This document shows positions 1-55,379 of a stretch of DNA of 64,000 bases, piece after piece. How positions within the stretch are numbered: position 1 is the first letter of the stretch; every line of letters starts with the position of its first letter. The DNA is taken from positions 5,038,707 to 5,102,706 of the forward strand of contig OZ037767.1 in NCBI GenBank assembly GCA_964035545.1. Direction: 5' to 3'. The notes beneath the pieces were generated by a model. It saw only the letters and a program-made list of their open reading frames with translations, searched no databases and was not told the DNA's origin. Both the position numbers and the translations under genes were made by a program. This DNA is from Bugula neritina. Taxonomy: Eukaryota > Animalia > Bryozoa.

Positions 1-86
1 TGTACTGTACTACCCACATTGTACCGCCCGAACTGCACGACATGCCCACCATAAATTACAGTCTAGATAACTATAAATAAACTCAC

Positions 87-10475
<10,389 letters not shown>

Positions 10476-13400
10476 ATTTGATTAAATTTGTTTGTGCGAG
10501 CTGAGGGTAAGCGGGGACTTGTGGTATCCTTCTAGCTGTGCTGATCATGCTAAGACCAGTGGAGGCAGCACTAGACTCGAGTGAACTGCTCCTGGTAACA
10601 GGGGGAGATTATTTCATAGAATACTTCACACAACCTGTAATGTCAATAACAGCATATCATATATCACTGAGAGTGGGTAGTTTACAGGCTGCGATTAGCT
10701 ACCTACACACATAGACTTATTAACATCTATTGCAAATTTTATACAGAGTCAAAGTACAAGAAAAAAGAGGAAGTGCGAGATTAATTAACAATCAAGATAA
10801 GAAAATTGTGACAAAATTGTCAACACTAGATTTTCGATTTGAGTGATTTGACTTTCATACTCAGGAGAAGGATTTAACTAATCATTCAACAGGAGATGGT
10901 CATTCGAAAATTTCAATCCAAGAATTGTCCATCGAAATGAAAATCCTCAATTGCAAAAAATAGTTCAAGTTGGAACTTGCTAACTAACCGGGGAAATCAG
11001 TTACTATAGGATATGGTGAAACGAGTAGCTCTACTTATTTTTATTCAGTGCATTGTTGAAAATCCAATTTTCTTGAAAGAATTAGCACTAACATAGACGG
11101 TATTTACTTGTCCAAATGCTGTCACAACAAGAATATTCTAATGTTTAAAGCTATCAGCAAGATAAGCATTAAATTAGCCAGGCATAATCATTGAACAACT
11201 TGTAAAACAGGGCATATACTTTGGCAGTACACAGGGGGCTAGGAAATAACCAACAAAGGCAAACTTAGCTATTTATACACCAAACCATCACACTCAATTT
11301 CCTTCATAGTTATTTACCATAATGTTGAAATAATTTCAGGTAACCTAATGCAGTAGATATTTCAACATAGCAGTAATTACAGGTTATCTACATAAACATC
11401 CACACAGTTATCTACATGTCACTTATCTGCATTTTACTCACTTACTATTTACTTATCTACATTTTACTTACTATTTAAAAGGAAGTGCATAGCCAGGTGT
11501 CACCAACTCTCTACCTACTAAAAACATAATAATAATTAAACAGATTTGTTACCAAATAGTGAAATACTCAACTACGTCCTTCTTAAAAAGATAACATTGT
11601 TGATAATCTGATTATTGCAATTTACACATCAAATATATGACGTTTAAAACTGATATAAATTGATGGTGCGAGAGATATAAGCTACTGTGTCAGAAAAGGC
11701 AAATGTATAAGCTAGGGATCGCATTAAACAGATTTCTGCTTACAAAACTCTGAAACCATGTGTGAAAACCAGCTGCTGGAGGTACCTGGCACACACAGTT
11801 TGGAAATTTACTAGCCAATGATAGTTGCATTAAACTTTATTGCAGAAATTTTGTTTACATACACCAGCTGCCTTGCAAGGTCTGCTGTGACAGTAGAAAA
11901 ACTAAATCACTAAAAAGTAAAAAACTTGAAACGATGAATAGTAATAAACTAATTAGATCACATCCACCAAAGTTCCGTTTGTGCAGATTTTCGTCAACAG
12001 CTAGTGCAGAAATTGCCTAATGTGACACATTGCAAAGTATAGCAGTACTAGCCTATGCAGGAACGAAATGCTATAACACAAACCTTAGTTCCTAAAAGAT
12101 AATGGTAATTGAATCCAGTAGCGGTCACGTCAATTCCATAAGTAGCAAGTAATCATGTTGCAAACCTTAAAAACTGTTGCGTAAAATTTCAACACTATAT
12201 AATTCCTTTAATCTAGACTCTTCAGTGTAGTCCACAGTCAGCACATCTGTAAAGGTAGAATCTGGTACACTACTCTTTAGAGAGTTTATACTGGTTTAAT
12301 ATAAATACCACGCAAGTTTCTAAGCCTTGTAAACACCAACCACACAAGTCCCGATTAAACTGGAAGTTTTGTAATCATCAAACTATGTTGATTGTGGGTC
12401 CAACTCCCATATAGTTAAATTGACAGAATTGTCCAAACAATTGCATTTTTTCACATAAAACAAAATTACCAAAATCAAGAATAACAAATGCCATAACACA
12501 TAAAAAATCAGTCAAGTATGATACAATAATATAAAATTTTATGGTTATACAGCATTTACAGAAACCATTACATCATTACATTAATTTATATAATTCAGTA
12601 TCTTATTATAATTTATAAAGTATAGAATTCTGTTAAGATGCAGAAATGCAATGAGGACAAATCAATGGCAGACCTATAAGTGACATGATTTTAAATAGAA
12701 AACCAATATATTATAACATTATTTGCTAGTAAAGCACACAACCTAGTATAGTTAGACTCCAAGGCATGCTATCACACATTCTTTGGGTGATGAGATTAGA
12801 TCGCATCACTTTTATAACACCACTTAATAGTTGGTATTCATGCTAGTTATACTCATAATTCAAAGAATATGAACTTTACTAATACTCATACTACTAGGCA
12901 GTATAATTATTACCCGTAACCCTACAATAACTTTGGTTCACCAGCCCTTTAACTTGAATTCAATTCTAACCAGGACTTGAAAATGAGCAGACTGGAAACT
13001 TTATAAACAAAATAAAATTGAAAGGTAAAATAGATGATTTTTTGTTCTTTACTACTATTTTATACATCTACTAAATTTTTTTAGTCATCACTTTGATACT
13101 TGCAGTTACTTATAACTTGTCGTGACAACAAATGCAATCACTTTAATATTCAATTCAATACTGATAATGATTGTCATTATAACAACTATAATTGGAGGGG
13201 CAATAATCAGAATAAGTTTAAAGAGTGCATATAAGTAATATAATTAAAAAACACTTTAATTACAGTGTTGAAATTATATATTCAAGATAAATGATTAGTT
13301 TGCGAGCTATTGTCTTCAATTGAATTGTTGCCTTAACTAATCCAACTAATCATGATCTGGACAAGAAGATTGTACTTTGACACTGATCACAACCAATAAG

Positions 13401-14369
13401 ATATTCCGCTAATACAAACTGGTTCGAATTAAGATATATCTAACATTGCTCCATGGGTGTTGTTATTTGGGTTGCCCATGCTTGCCTGGTTTAACTTTTT
13501 ATTACACTTAGTTATATGTGTAATAACTTTACTTTGCGATCATTGACGTACTGTAGAAGAATACCAAATCATTGTAATTTGCTATAGACAAATAAAATCT
13601 ATTTGTGCTTGTAAATTATTTTATAAATGTACTATTTATTGCTACCGATTTCACTAATTAATAATTGCAGTACTACGATTAAAAGTAAAAGCAAAAAGTT
13701 GTCATAGCAATAGTAGACATTAATTATTTTAAAATACAGTTAAATTTGCAGTATATTAGTCGCATTTCAAGTGATTTTAATTAAGCTGCAGATTATGGCC
13801 CACCTTTATATTATGTATGTGAATATATGTAACCATTACCATAGGCTTTGATCACAATAAATTATTAAAAATAACAACCAGATCAGTATGCTATCAGTAA
13901 AACACCAAGTCTAATGATCAGTAGAGAGATAGATATGCACGTGGTAAACATGTGTAACTATAAGGCTATAAGTTATATTGTATATATGTAAAGAAATGTT
14001 ACTAATAGTAATTCTATAGGGAATGGCATTAATAATTTTTAGTGGTTATCAACTGTGGTAGAATCGAAAAATATCACCTCACTGCATTTCCTTAAATTGT
14101 GTCATACTCATAGAAGTAGCAGGATTAGTATGAATCAATTTCAATGATACCGATTGTATACCGTTAAAAGTAAATAGATATTTATAGTTATTTCAATACT
14201 ATTACTAAATCTAAAAGTGAAAAACTGAAAGAAACGGTAATTTCAATTGGTATTTAGACTTAAAATTAGTGTGCGAGGCAAATTGAAATTGCAATAGCTG
14301 TAAGTGACTTACACTTACAGCTACTGCTAAGCTTACCCACAGCAGCACAATTACAATGAGTCAATGACC

Positions 14370-15090
14370 ATGACAATTAGTATCACAATGAGTATGACCA
14401 TCAGTATCACTGTGACCGTGACCATCACTATGACTATGAGATTGAGTATCAGTATGAGTCGATGACTGCCTAAGAGAAAGTGTAATACTAATACAGTAAG
14501 ACTAAGACTAAGGTAAGTGAGTAATACTAATACTAAGTCTAATACTAATAGTAATACTAATAGTCATAGTATTACTATTAGTAATGCTCAATCTCACAGT
14601 AATACTAATATTAACAGTTATAATAATAACTGTGTATTACATTTACTAGTAGTACCATTACTAATATTATTGGTATTACTATTACTATTAGTATTAGTAT
14701 TACATTTTGATTTAGTATTACCATTATTATTAGTATTAATATTAGTATCACCATTGGTATTACTCATTACTATTAGACTTAGTATTAGTATAACTATAAG
14801 TATAAGTAATAAAGTATAAGTATTTGTTATTGTATTACTATTATTATTAGTATTAGACTTGCCCTTGGCATAACTATAACATTAACCTAGTCTTATAAAT
14901 TGTAAGTATAACTATAACTTTAAAACTTATACGATTAAGTATAACATTAACTTTAAGTAGTACATTTACTATAATCTATTACTAATGAGTATTACTATTA
15001 GTAGCAATAGTATTACTATTAATATTATGATTATCTATAACTGTATAACTATAACTATAACTGTATAAGTATAAGATTAAGTATAAGTAT
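14370..15090. repeat. Degenerate (ANT)n tri/hexanucleotide field
   Basis: Runs of AGT/AAT/ACT/ATT, e.g. aatactaatagtaatactaatagt and ataactataact. Confidence 0.85.
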
Positions 15091-15222
15091 ATCAACATGA
15101 AATTGAATGATGAATATCCAGCACCTGCGACTAGCAATATACTTAAGCGAAACACCGATTTCAAAACTTTTAAATCTGTTTATAAATATTATTATAAATC
15201 AACCTAGTTGATACAAACTGAC

Positions 15223-15479
15223 CATGCATAAAATTAAAATAATCATAATGATAACGGTAGCTTTTGCAAATTCAATGAACATGATGATTATATCAGTCCA
15301 ATGGCAATGGGCAACATACATCAATTCTATACATGACACCAGGGTGCGGTTCTTGCTTCTGATTGGCTAGAGTTTTCTAAATGATCTCCCAGTCTGTTGA
15401 TAGATATAAATATGTGAAAAATCATTGCATTTCCATGATAAACATTTGACATCATTGTGAGCTCTTGAATTGAAAACTG
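15223..15479. promoter_or_regulatory. Putative bidirectional promoter / first non-coding exons of MLK (-) and pecanex (+)
   Basis: Non-repetitive core between the divergent genes. It has an inverted CCAAT box (ATTGG 15362-15366) and outward-facing candidate donors: minus strand G|GTCAGT at 15223/15222 and plus strand G|GTAAAA at 15479/15480. The first coding exon of each gene begins with a splice acceptor (10635 minus; 17846 plus), so upstream exons are required. Confidence 0.5.
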
Positions 15480-15774
15480 GTAAAATTTCACAGCTACTAC
15501 TACTACTACTACTAGTACTAGTACAAGTGAACTTGTCATCTTGATCTTGATCTTACTAATAGTAATCCTATCATTATAAATGTTTCTAGCAAAATATGTC
15601 ATTATGCTTAGTATTATTTGATAAATTATTGCAAATAAAAATATATAATTATGGTAGAAACATATCACAGTCACCTATCAGTATTTACTATTTAATTTAG
15701 TTTTACTTTTAGTTTTACTTTTAGTTTTACCATTTTGATTTTCTCTATTTCATTTGATTTAATTTTATGATTTT

Positions 15775-16115
15775 CTAATAGTAATAAATTGTTTAGTTTT
15801 TTATACTAATACCAGTAATAGTAATACTTATACTTATAGACTGTAATAATAGTTGAACTTATACTTATAGTTATACTTATAGTTATAGTATTGGTAATTC
15901 TAATACTAATACTTAATAGTTAATAGTAATACTAATAGTAATACTAATACACGTAATAGTAATACTAATAGTAATAGTAATAGTATGAGTATGAATATAA
16001 TAATTATTACTAATTATTACTATTACTCACTACTCAGTATTAGTATTTTATTTATTACTTACTCTTAGTATTACTAGTATTAGTATGGTAACCATTACTA
16101 TTAGTATTACATAAT
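15775..16115. repeat. Degenerate (ANT)n field
   Basis: agttatacttat and agtaatactaat repeats. Confidence 0.85.
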
Positions 16116-16293
16116 GTTACCTGTCGATGTTATCTCCATGCTGGACCTCCCTTGAGGGAAGAAGGGGTGTGCTGCATATAGAATATAAGTTGTCAGTACT
16201 TGGGTAGTAGTCTAAACAATGTTAACATTCTTGTGCAGGCTAACTAGGCTGTCTGTGCGTGATTTACAGTTATGAACTGCTTTGAAAAGTCAT

Positions 16294-16563
16294 TCAATCT
16301 GTGCTGATCCTCATATCTTTTATCGTTCTTGGGAGAAAACTGTAAAGATATCCATTCTTGTTCGCTCTCACTGATCTTGGACGTCCTGAAACCTGAGATC
16401 GAGTCTGTACAATGCTTGTGGTCCACTGATTCAGAAAATCAACATAGGTAGCACTCAGAGTTGGATGTTGTTCTTCCTTAGACAATATTTTCAGAAGAAG
16501 GCTGTTGCGTCGGTTTTTTCTTCTTAGATCAAGTGGCTCCAAATACAGCTTTTTGTTAATCAT
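16294..16563 (-). mobile_element. 3'-terminal remnant of a non-LTR retrotransposon (CR1/L2-like ORF2 C-terminus)
   Basis: LEPLDLRRKNRR..LLLKIL..TRS..YLYSFLPRTIKDM resembles the L..L..RR / SFFPRTI.DWN motifs at the end of LINE ORF2. No RT core is present. Confidence 0.7.
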
Positions 16564-17875
16564 TAAATGTAATTTACTTTTATTCTTAGCTTTTAAATTT
16601 AGTTTTCAGGAGGGGAAAAAGGGAGGCCATTCCATAACTTAACCATCTTATTATAATTTAAATTATTGCCATTTTCATTATCACCATGGATATGACCATG
16701 GCTATAAGTAGGATAATAAGTATATTGAATAGCTGACGTTATGAAGTGATCTTAAATATATAGTAAGTGATGATAAACATTAAATTGTTGAACAGCGCTA
16801 GAAATCTTTTTTAATTCTTTCATAGATGCTAATATCACGTAAAATACAAAGGTTGAATACGCTAATTTAAATATTAGTTAAATATTAAATGTTTTCATTT
16901 AAATTTAGTATAAAGTTTATGCTTTATTTTTTGTTTTTCTGTAAATATACATTATAGATATTAGCGCGTGACTATTATGAAAATATGTATCAATATTGCT
17001 GTTCTTGATGGCAAGTAGTGAATACAAGATAGTGTTGCCATTTAAAGATAAGTTTCTGTGTTTGAGAAATCTGTCTAAAGTTAAATGCATGCTGATTTGT
17101 GTTTAGTAGCTCATTAATTTTCATGACAATATAGTTAAAAATACTCATTGACATTGCCCAGGTTTATGTTTGCTATGTTTACTAATAATAATGTTATTGA
17201 TAATATACCTATATAGGTTGTAATAAGTTTTACAGCTAATTAATGATATTTGATAGTACGCATAATATTAAAATAAATAACCATTTGTAGGTCCAAAAAC
17301 AAATTTTAAATTATCAAGTGCTAAAGCTGTTATAATATTTCTCATAAGAAATACATTAACAAACTATAGCACTGGTAACCCATCCGCCGTTTAAATGTTT
17401 ATAGTAATATTTTCATTCTTGCTGTTTGTATATATTTATAATTCTATTAATCTAATCTATACTATCATTGTTTCAAGATTCGAAAAGCAGCTATATTCAC
17501 ATGACTTTAATCATTTCTAACAAATTTTGCTTATAGTTATTACATTATTACATTTTTGCTGCTACAAAATATGAAAGGAGTTTTTCGAGATCAGGTTAAA
17601 TATATTTTTATGTCAGTTCAAAAACTAATCTTTTCACATAACAATAATATAGTATGTTATAGCTGACTCTAATCATTTGACAATATTGTGTTTAATTGGA
17701 TTAATATTTGTTAATACTAAAAATTGGTACTGCAAATTCGACTTTTGCATAACATTTTGTAATAGACTATTTTTATTGCGAGTAATTTCACAGAGTAAGA
17801 AGCAATATTTTGTTACCAATTAAGTGGTAAGATTATTGATTTTTAGACATACTGGCAGGATGTGCTAAAAGCTAA

Positions 17876-48870
<30,995 letters not shown>

Positions 48871-49402
48871 AGTGCTCTCTCTCTCTAATTTATTTATAAA
48901 CTAAAATATAATTGAGGAATTTGTTGTAAATATTTTCAGGTGCTAAGTCTTCAATACATGTACAAATTATATGAGTGAATACTTTTTATATCTATAATTC
49001 TGTATATTTTATTACTATTATAGTGGTTGGATGCGCTGGTGCAGTTATTAGGAAATTTCAAACATTTCCTGCTCTTACATTCTATGCTGCTGATTCAATT
49101 AGTGACCACATTTTCCTTAACAGCATGTAACTAATAGTTTTCCTGTTGTAAGCAAAAATTATATTATAACTAGTTATCTTTATTATAAATTTTTAAAAGC
49201 AAAATACACAGTAGAGTATGATATTATAACAGTATATACATTTCTTTGAATAATAATATAGTCTATATAGAATGTAATTGGGGAGATGATCCATCAATTC
49301 TAGTACAATCTAACACTGCCTATAATTGTTGCTTATTTCATTTCACTCATTACTTACATAAAATTAGCTGAAAAATTCTACTTTCAAACCAATTGGGGGA
49401 AA

Positions 49403-49436
49403 AATAAAATCACAACATATTTGAACTTTCTTTATT
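49403..49436. terminator. Opposed candidate polyadenylation signals of pecanex (+, AATAAA 49403-49408) and PPM1 (-, AATAAA 49431-49436)
   Basis: Located between the stop codons at 48870 (+) and 49836 (-). A second minus-strand AATAAA lies near 49525. Confidence 0.5.
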
Positions 49437-49835
49437 AAACGGCTATGACATGCATATTGTACGTTAACTTTTAAGATACAGTAATACTATATATAATGAA
49501 GCATTCGCACCATGTACACTACATTTTATTAGTCACTAGGCATTGAACTCAACATTATGTAAAAGATAAAAAAACTACTTAAATAGACAACACGAATTAT
49601 AATATAATATCAAGATGTTACCAATCTAGTTTGTAAAATACTGCCCGCAACACTTACGGTGAAGGTTTGGCCAAGTTCAGCACACATAGGAGAAGGATAC
49701 ATAACTCCCCATATATATATACGAACTGTTGAAATCATTAGTTAAATATCACCTTGTGATCATCACATACATATGGATAGACATGGTGAGTAGAATTTCC
49801 AATCAACAAGTTTATATTATAGAGATAGTTGATCA

Positions 49836-52800
49836 CTACTGGTCACCATTATCACCTCCGGCAGCTGTGTTTTTTAGAGAATTTAATAATTCTTCTATAA
49901 AGTTGTACCTGCAAGACAGATAGGATCAGTGAATAATTAAACACATAAAAGCAGCTTTAAAAACAATCAGGTGACAAAGAAGATTCATCACAGATGATGT
50001 CTTTTTAGCGACAAGCTACAAATATGGACGTAGCTGTGTTCTACACTTAGTTTAAAATCTCCACCTTTGTGAAAATCCCCGATTACAAGGGTTTTTAAAC
50101 TAGCTGAAAACATAAGCTGGCAACACAGTTGAGCCGCTTTCACAGGAGCAATTATGATTGGCTGCCCTTCTTGACACCATCAACGACCTGGCTTTAACCA
50201 CTATGCTACGGCTGCTCCACAACCTTTCTTTCAAACTTAGCAAAGGAAGGAAATTTTCTCAGATTTTCCAGGCATGTATCAACTGGTAAACCAGTGTTTG
50301 GCTTTTCATTAGGAAATAACCACAAGTTCAACCTACCAGAAACCTGAGAAATTTACAACTGAAGTAGTGTGTAAGTTAGAAAGTTGATAACACTAGACTA
50401 ACACAGAATGCTGATACTACACAATACTAGATTTACACAGTAACTAAAACCTCTATGCTACATACCAGCACAACCTTATTTGTATCAACAAATTTCCCAG
50501 TAAGTGAGGTTATTTGAAAACTACTACCACCTATTTTTAACCACCGGAATCCTCAAAATTACTTTAAAGATTAAAACTACTAAATTCAAGTTAGATCAAA
50601 TGGTAAATTACATTTAACCATCAAGTCACACCAAGTATAATATTCAACATTATACAATGAAGAACAAGTACCTCAAAATCCTTCCTAGTGAACACTAAAA
50701 TCCTTCCAATTATCATTAAATGAAACGACTAAACATGAAATCATTAGATAACATAAAAGGATGGCTTACTTAGTATGTATACCACCACCCGGTGGCAATC
50801 CCTCAAACTCCACCTCTTTATGGGATATGGCGTGGACTATGCTCTGAACATCCACTTCTGGTTGAACCTCAAACTCTTTCCTGACGTGCGCCTCCAGACG
50901 AGTGTTACAGTCACCATCAGCCTTGATTACCTCTTCGTTGAGCGTAGGAGCGCCAGGTAGTGCAACAATCACTATGGACATGTTATCTCTGCTCCCCTGT
51001 AACAAACACGCAATACTTAACATGAGAATCTGGAAGTTGTGCACCCTCTGCATACATCAGCCCTTGGCTAGTCACTACATTTCCAAGTTTCGCATTATGG
51101 AAATGGATTTTTCATTCGATGTTTGGAAACAGTTGCATCGAATAAAACCTCAACCAAAAGTTCATGCAAACTGAAACCACAAATTCATCTAGCATCCATT
51201 CGCATAATGCGAAGTAATGAAAATGTAGTGAGTGCAATACTGCTTCAGGAGAAATGATATACAAATACACACAGTTTTACAAAATAAAGCAAAACATGCC
51301 ATTAAAGAAAAACTTGAATGATTATGAGATTTAGCAGTAGAAGAGTTATTAAAATGGAAGTCAACGTTCAACTGGTCGTGCACCATACAATCAATACAAC
51401 ACGGTTTGTTGACCAGCAGTTCAACACCTGCACTTTCAATCGGACAAAAACCTGATCGAATTCTACATGAAAGTATTTCTTGCATACAATTCTAAAAGCA
51501 AACTAATAATCCTATTACTGCTAGCAAGGTCATCTCCTTTCTAACTCTGATGACAACATACAGTGCTCCCTCCGTATCTCACGGTGTTTTCCCCACAACA
51601 CTCGATAAGTCACGAGAAGGGCTTGGACCCCAGTTTCGTGGTTTATATATGTGTGTATAGGGACAAAATGGCCGAATTTAAGAAATCCACGAGTTAAATT
51701 TGGTATTCCCATGTCACGAATTGAGGCTTCAGGATCTATAGCTTAGTGAGATATGGAGGGAGCACTGTTTTGGCTTTCCTCTTACATCAACATGAGAAAG
51801 AGTTCCCAGTTGCGATTATAAAGCACAACATATCTGCTCTACAATCATCTCACCTTATGTAAGCAGGTGTCTACTATTTTATTACAAATATCAGTCAAAT
51901 TGCTGGTGATCTGCATGTGATAGCGGACTAAGTTGGCTACATCTTCATTGGTCATGACGTCATAGATACCGTCACACGCCAGCACTATGAACTGATCCTC
52001 TCCTGTCCTCTCAACTACAGTTACCTGCAACGTTATGTCTCAGACTATGTAAACACGTGCAAGTTACTTGATCTAGCTTTACCAACACTGTATCGTAACT
52101 GTTATATTGAATGCTATATCAGACCATGTATCATCAAGTTACAGAAATAGTTTTTCAAGGAGAAATGCTAGTTCAAGAATATTAAAACGCTGTTACATAA
52201 GGAGTACAAGAGAGTTGGAATAGCATAGCTACAATGTATTCAGCAAGTGTTAGCCAGTGCAGTGACTTCACTGTGTATACATGTTTTCCCCTGCTGAGTT
52301 ATTAGCTTTCTGAAGCCAATTATTCAGCAAGCAAAAATGTATGAGCAATGCCTACGTCTATAATCTATATTAAACTACTAGACATGGCAGGGCTGTGAAT
52401 TGTCCAAAGAGAAGACGAACCAAGCCAGATCAGTTCACACTGTATCATAACATATCTACATATACTAGAGACAAGTCTTCTGATGTACAGTCTAATATTC
52501 AATAGATTGAAGATTTGAATTATTCAATTAAAATAAAAGATACAGCAGAACCAACTGGCCCAACTTGATGAACTCATCTGGTAGCCGGTGAGGGCTGGTG
52601 GTCCATACCTCTGGTTCGGGAGAGACAAGTTGTTCGCACGGCCCTATAGTCTGGTTGGCCTTGTAGTCAAAGTCTCCAAGGGCTCTGGAAACTGCCAGTG
52701 ATCCGTTCACTCTCTGTATCATAACTTGACCTGTAACAGTTGTCTTACAGTGTAGAGGACAATGCTAGTTGAAAGTAAAGGGTATATATAGGATATAGGC

Positions 52801-53782
52801 TGAGAAATGTTGAGTATTCCAGTAAATAACAACATTGATAACCAGGTCGTATTCTGTGATGATTTCACTAGTAATTCATCAGTTCAACACAAACTTTACA
52901 ACACAATCTGCATGTAATTTCAGCTCACAATATAATTATAATCTCAATGAGTGGCTCTAATGCATGCCATGGTGAGTGCAGTGAGAGCAAATCTAATTTA
53001 TTAGGTAACTTTCTTTTTCAAAACTATAATTAGCTGTTAGCTAATCAAACCAACCTAATTATTACAACATCAATGGCCTAGTATGGCCAGTAGCAGTTAC
53101 GAGGTACTATTCCTTTGAATTAACTCTGCCTCACCACACACCACTTGCCTACAGGTAGTGTCACAAACTGCCTACATACATTGCAGCGTGCACAGCACAC
53201 CAACAACAGTGGCCGGTGATAAATACCTCCAGCTTTGGTAATGCGGTCTCTCTCCTCCGGATTGGTTGGTTTGTGATCTTCTGTATGAAATGAAACACAG
53301 CTAGGTCTCGCAATCAGTGCCCTAGAATCACCGCAATTTCCAAATATAAAATATTCAGGTGTTACAAAGACTACAATAGCAGTGGAGCCACTCCTGTCTT
53401 GGCCAGTGGCAACTTCTGGAAGGTTTCTGATGTCATTATCAAGCTCCAGAAAGCCGGTACGAACGCCCTTTAAAACATCTTCAGTTGTGGGTCGCCACTC
53501 TTCGGGAGGAGCGTCAAGACCGCCTCTAAAGTCTGCATTTGTAATGATAAAGTCAAGGAGCCTCTGTGAGCTGTGCGCAGAGACCTTGGCGCCGGCGTGT
53601 CCATCAAACACGGCAAAGAAGCTCCAGTCCTTCATGCCATGAGGCAGACCGACAACTGCAGAGTGGGCGTCTTCCTGCTCCACTCTCCACCCCTGCATGG
53701 AGGCTAATCCGAACCTGAGGGAATTGCCCTCCCCACTCTCATTGTGTTTCTCTGTCTTAGGTCTGTCCAGAAATGCACCCAT
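49836..53782 (-). CDS. PPM1B: Protein phosphatase 1A/1B (PP2C alpha/beta type), ~382 aa
   Basis: Exons 53227-53782 ([45 protein letters not shown]); 52609-52730 ([27 protein letters not shown]); 51854-52024 ([13 protein letters not shown]); 50770-50996 (GSRDNMS..LPPGGG, PP2C C-terminal domain); 49836-49908 (TAG). The ORF track's upstream TTG start is not the true start. Co-orthologue of PPM1A/PPM1B. Confidence 0.96.
50100..50218 (-). mobile_element. Internally deleted copy of the same SINE
   Basis: Reverse complement ggagcagccgtagcatagtggttaaagcc..gtcgttgatggtgtcaagaagggc..cataattgctcc. Confidence 0.6.
51073..51230 (+). mobile_element. Short interspersed repeat/MITE, copy 2
   Basis: Termini CACTACATTT / AAATGTAGTG are inverted repeats. 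Homologous to 45702-45850. Confidence 0.75.
51561..51767. mobile_element. Tc1/mariner-like MITE
   Basis: ~23-bp TIR CAGTGCTCCCTCC(G/A)TATCTCAC..GTGAGATATGGAGGGAGCACTG, with TA immediately 5'. The 3' flank is TT, so the TSD is imperfect. Confidence 0.8.
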
Positions 53783-54769
53783 GTTGATGATGCAAGATCT
53801 CCGAGTGTGAAAATACCAATACAATAGATTAGTGTGAACAGTCCATTCCCCTGTTTATGCACAGTGATTGTTTGGTGCTCTTGGGTGAAAAGCTGTATCT
53901 GTCAATAATAGAGAAAACAGAGCATGAAAAAAACATCCATCACCTGAAGAGATGGTGCCAATACACCATAAGAGATGAAGTCTTATATAATATCATAATT
54001 AGGCAACTTTTTGTGATTACACTAAATGGATAGTTACATTTTTTATTGACTAGTCAACACATTTACTAAGTATTAGTAACCTACTTTCATTGTCAGCAAC
54101 ATATTTATATCACTCACCAAAAGTATTTAGAATTTTCTATAAAGCAGCTTTTCAACAATAATATGTTAACTTTTGTTGCCATCGGATATTGAATATTTCA
54201 GCAAAGAATGCTTTACATTGTCAACCTTAAATTTTACTCTCTTCTTTAAATCAATTACAGAATTTATTTCATACTTAATAAATAACATCACATTTATTGT
54301 TATGCATTTAATAACAATGATGATAATATTCATTTAAAAAGACACCATATTACATACTATACATTATGATGTTAGTGAGTTAGATTTAATCATTAGCATT
54401 CACTTGAAACTGGACAAGAACATTCAGTTTTGTTTTGGATCTACACTAGATTTTGTGATAAAGATACCTTTAAATTTTAATGTCCGATTTCACTATTGAA
54501 GAAGAAAATGAAAAAAAATTGTTTGGTCTTGATTGGGTTAAGTCCCAAGACCTCTCGGACAGAGTATTTTGATAACATATATTATCAAATTTTAATCTCA
54601 ATATTGATATTTAAACTTCTATTAACACAAACTGTTAATATTTTAATTGCTACATTGAAATCTGTGATTATCAATACCCATTTAGGGTCATCATCAGTGA
54701 TATCTGCTTTCAAGCTCTAAGGTTAATAATAACGTTATACCCCAGGCATATTAATATTAGACTTGAAAC

Positions 54770-55320
54770 TAACTAACTATAAGTATAAGTATAACCTAAA
54801 CTTAGCTACCTACTACTACTTGTAATAAACATAGTAGTAGTACTAGTAATAGCAGTACTAGCAGTATTAGAATTAGCAGTATTATAACAATTATTATTAT
54901 TTACTACAAGTTTATTATTGTCACACTAAGTCTCACAGTAACTGCAATTGTAAGACTCTATTCTACAGTTACAGTAACTTAGACTTGGTAAGCATAATAA
55001 TAATATAAATATTTATAATCACTATCACTAGCAGCATCCCTATCCTTGTGACTATAGTTATCAGCATGATGATGATCTGATAAGTCTGATGATCATGACT
55101 ACAAGCACAACTTAAACTACAACTTACAAGCACCACTCTCAGTATGATATTGATAATCATAAACTTAAATTGTCATAACTCCGTGACACTGACAGTCTTG
55201 AAGTTAATAACAATAGTAATCCAATTTCAAGCTGAGTACTAGTAGTACTAGCACTAGTAGTTGAAGTTGAACACAGAGTTAGACTCATTCACTTGACTTT
55301 CAGTCTGAGTCTCACTCTCG
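54770..55320. repeat. Degenerate (ANT)n field
   Basis: actactact, agtagtagtactagtaat and attattatt runs. Confidence 0.75.
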
Positions 55321-55379
55321 GATTGAGAGATAATTTTAGAAAGCATAGAATAATCATAACGTAATTATTGCTAAAATAC

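Noticed and set aside
14517-15674. ORFs 14517-14819, 14982-15164 and 15327-15674 with hydrophobic or N/S/T-rich translations
   Set aside because: Artefacts of the (ANT)n low-complexity fields, with no splice or homology support.
53783-53824. N-terminal extension of PPM1 from the ORF track (MYWYFHTRRSCIIN)
   Set aside because: It starts at a TTG. The conserved myristoylation-type start MGAFLD begins at 53782.
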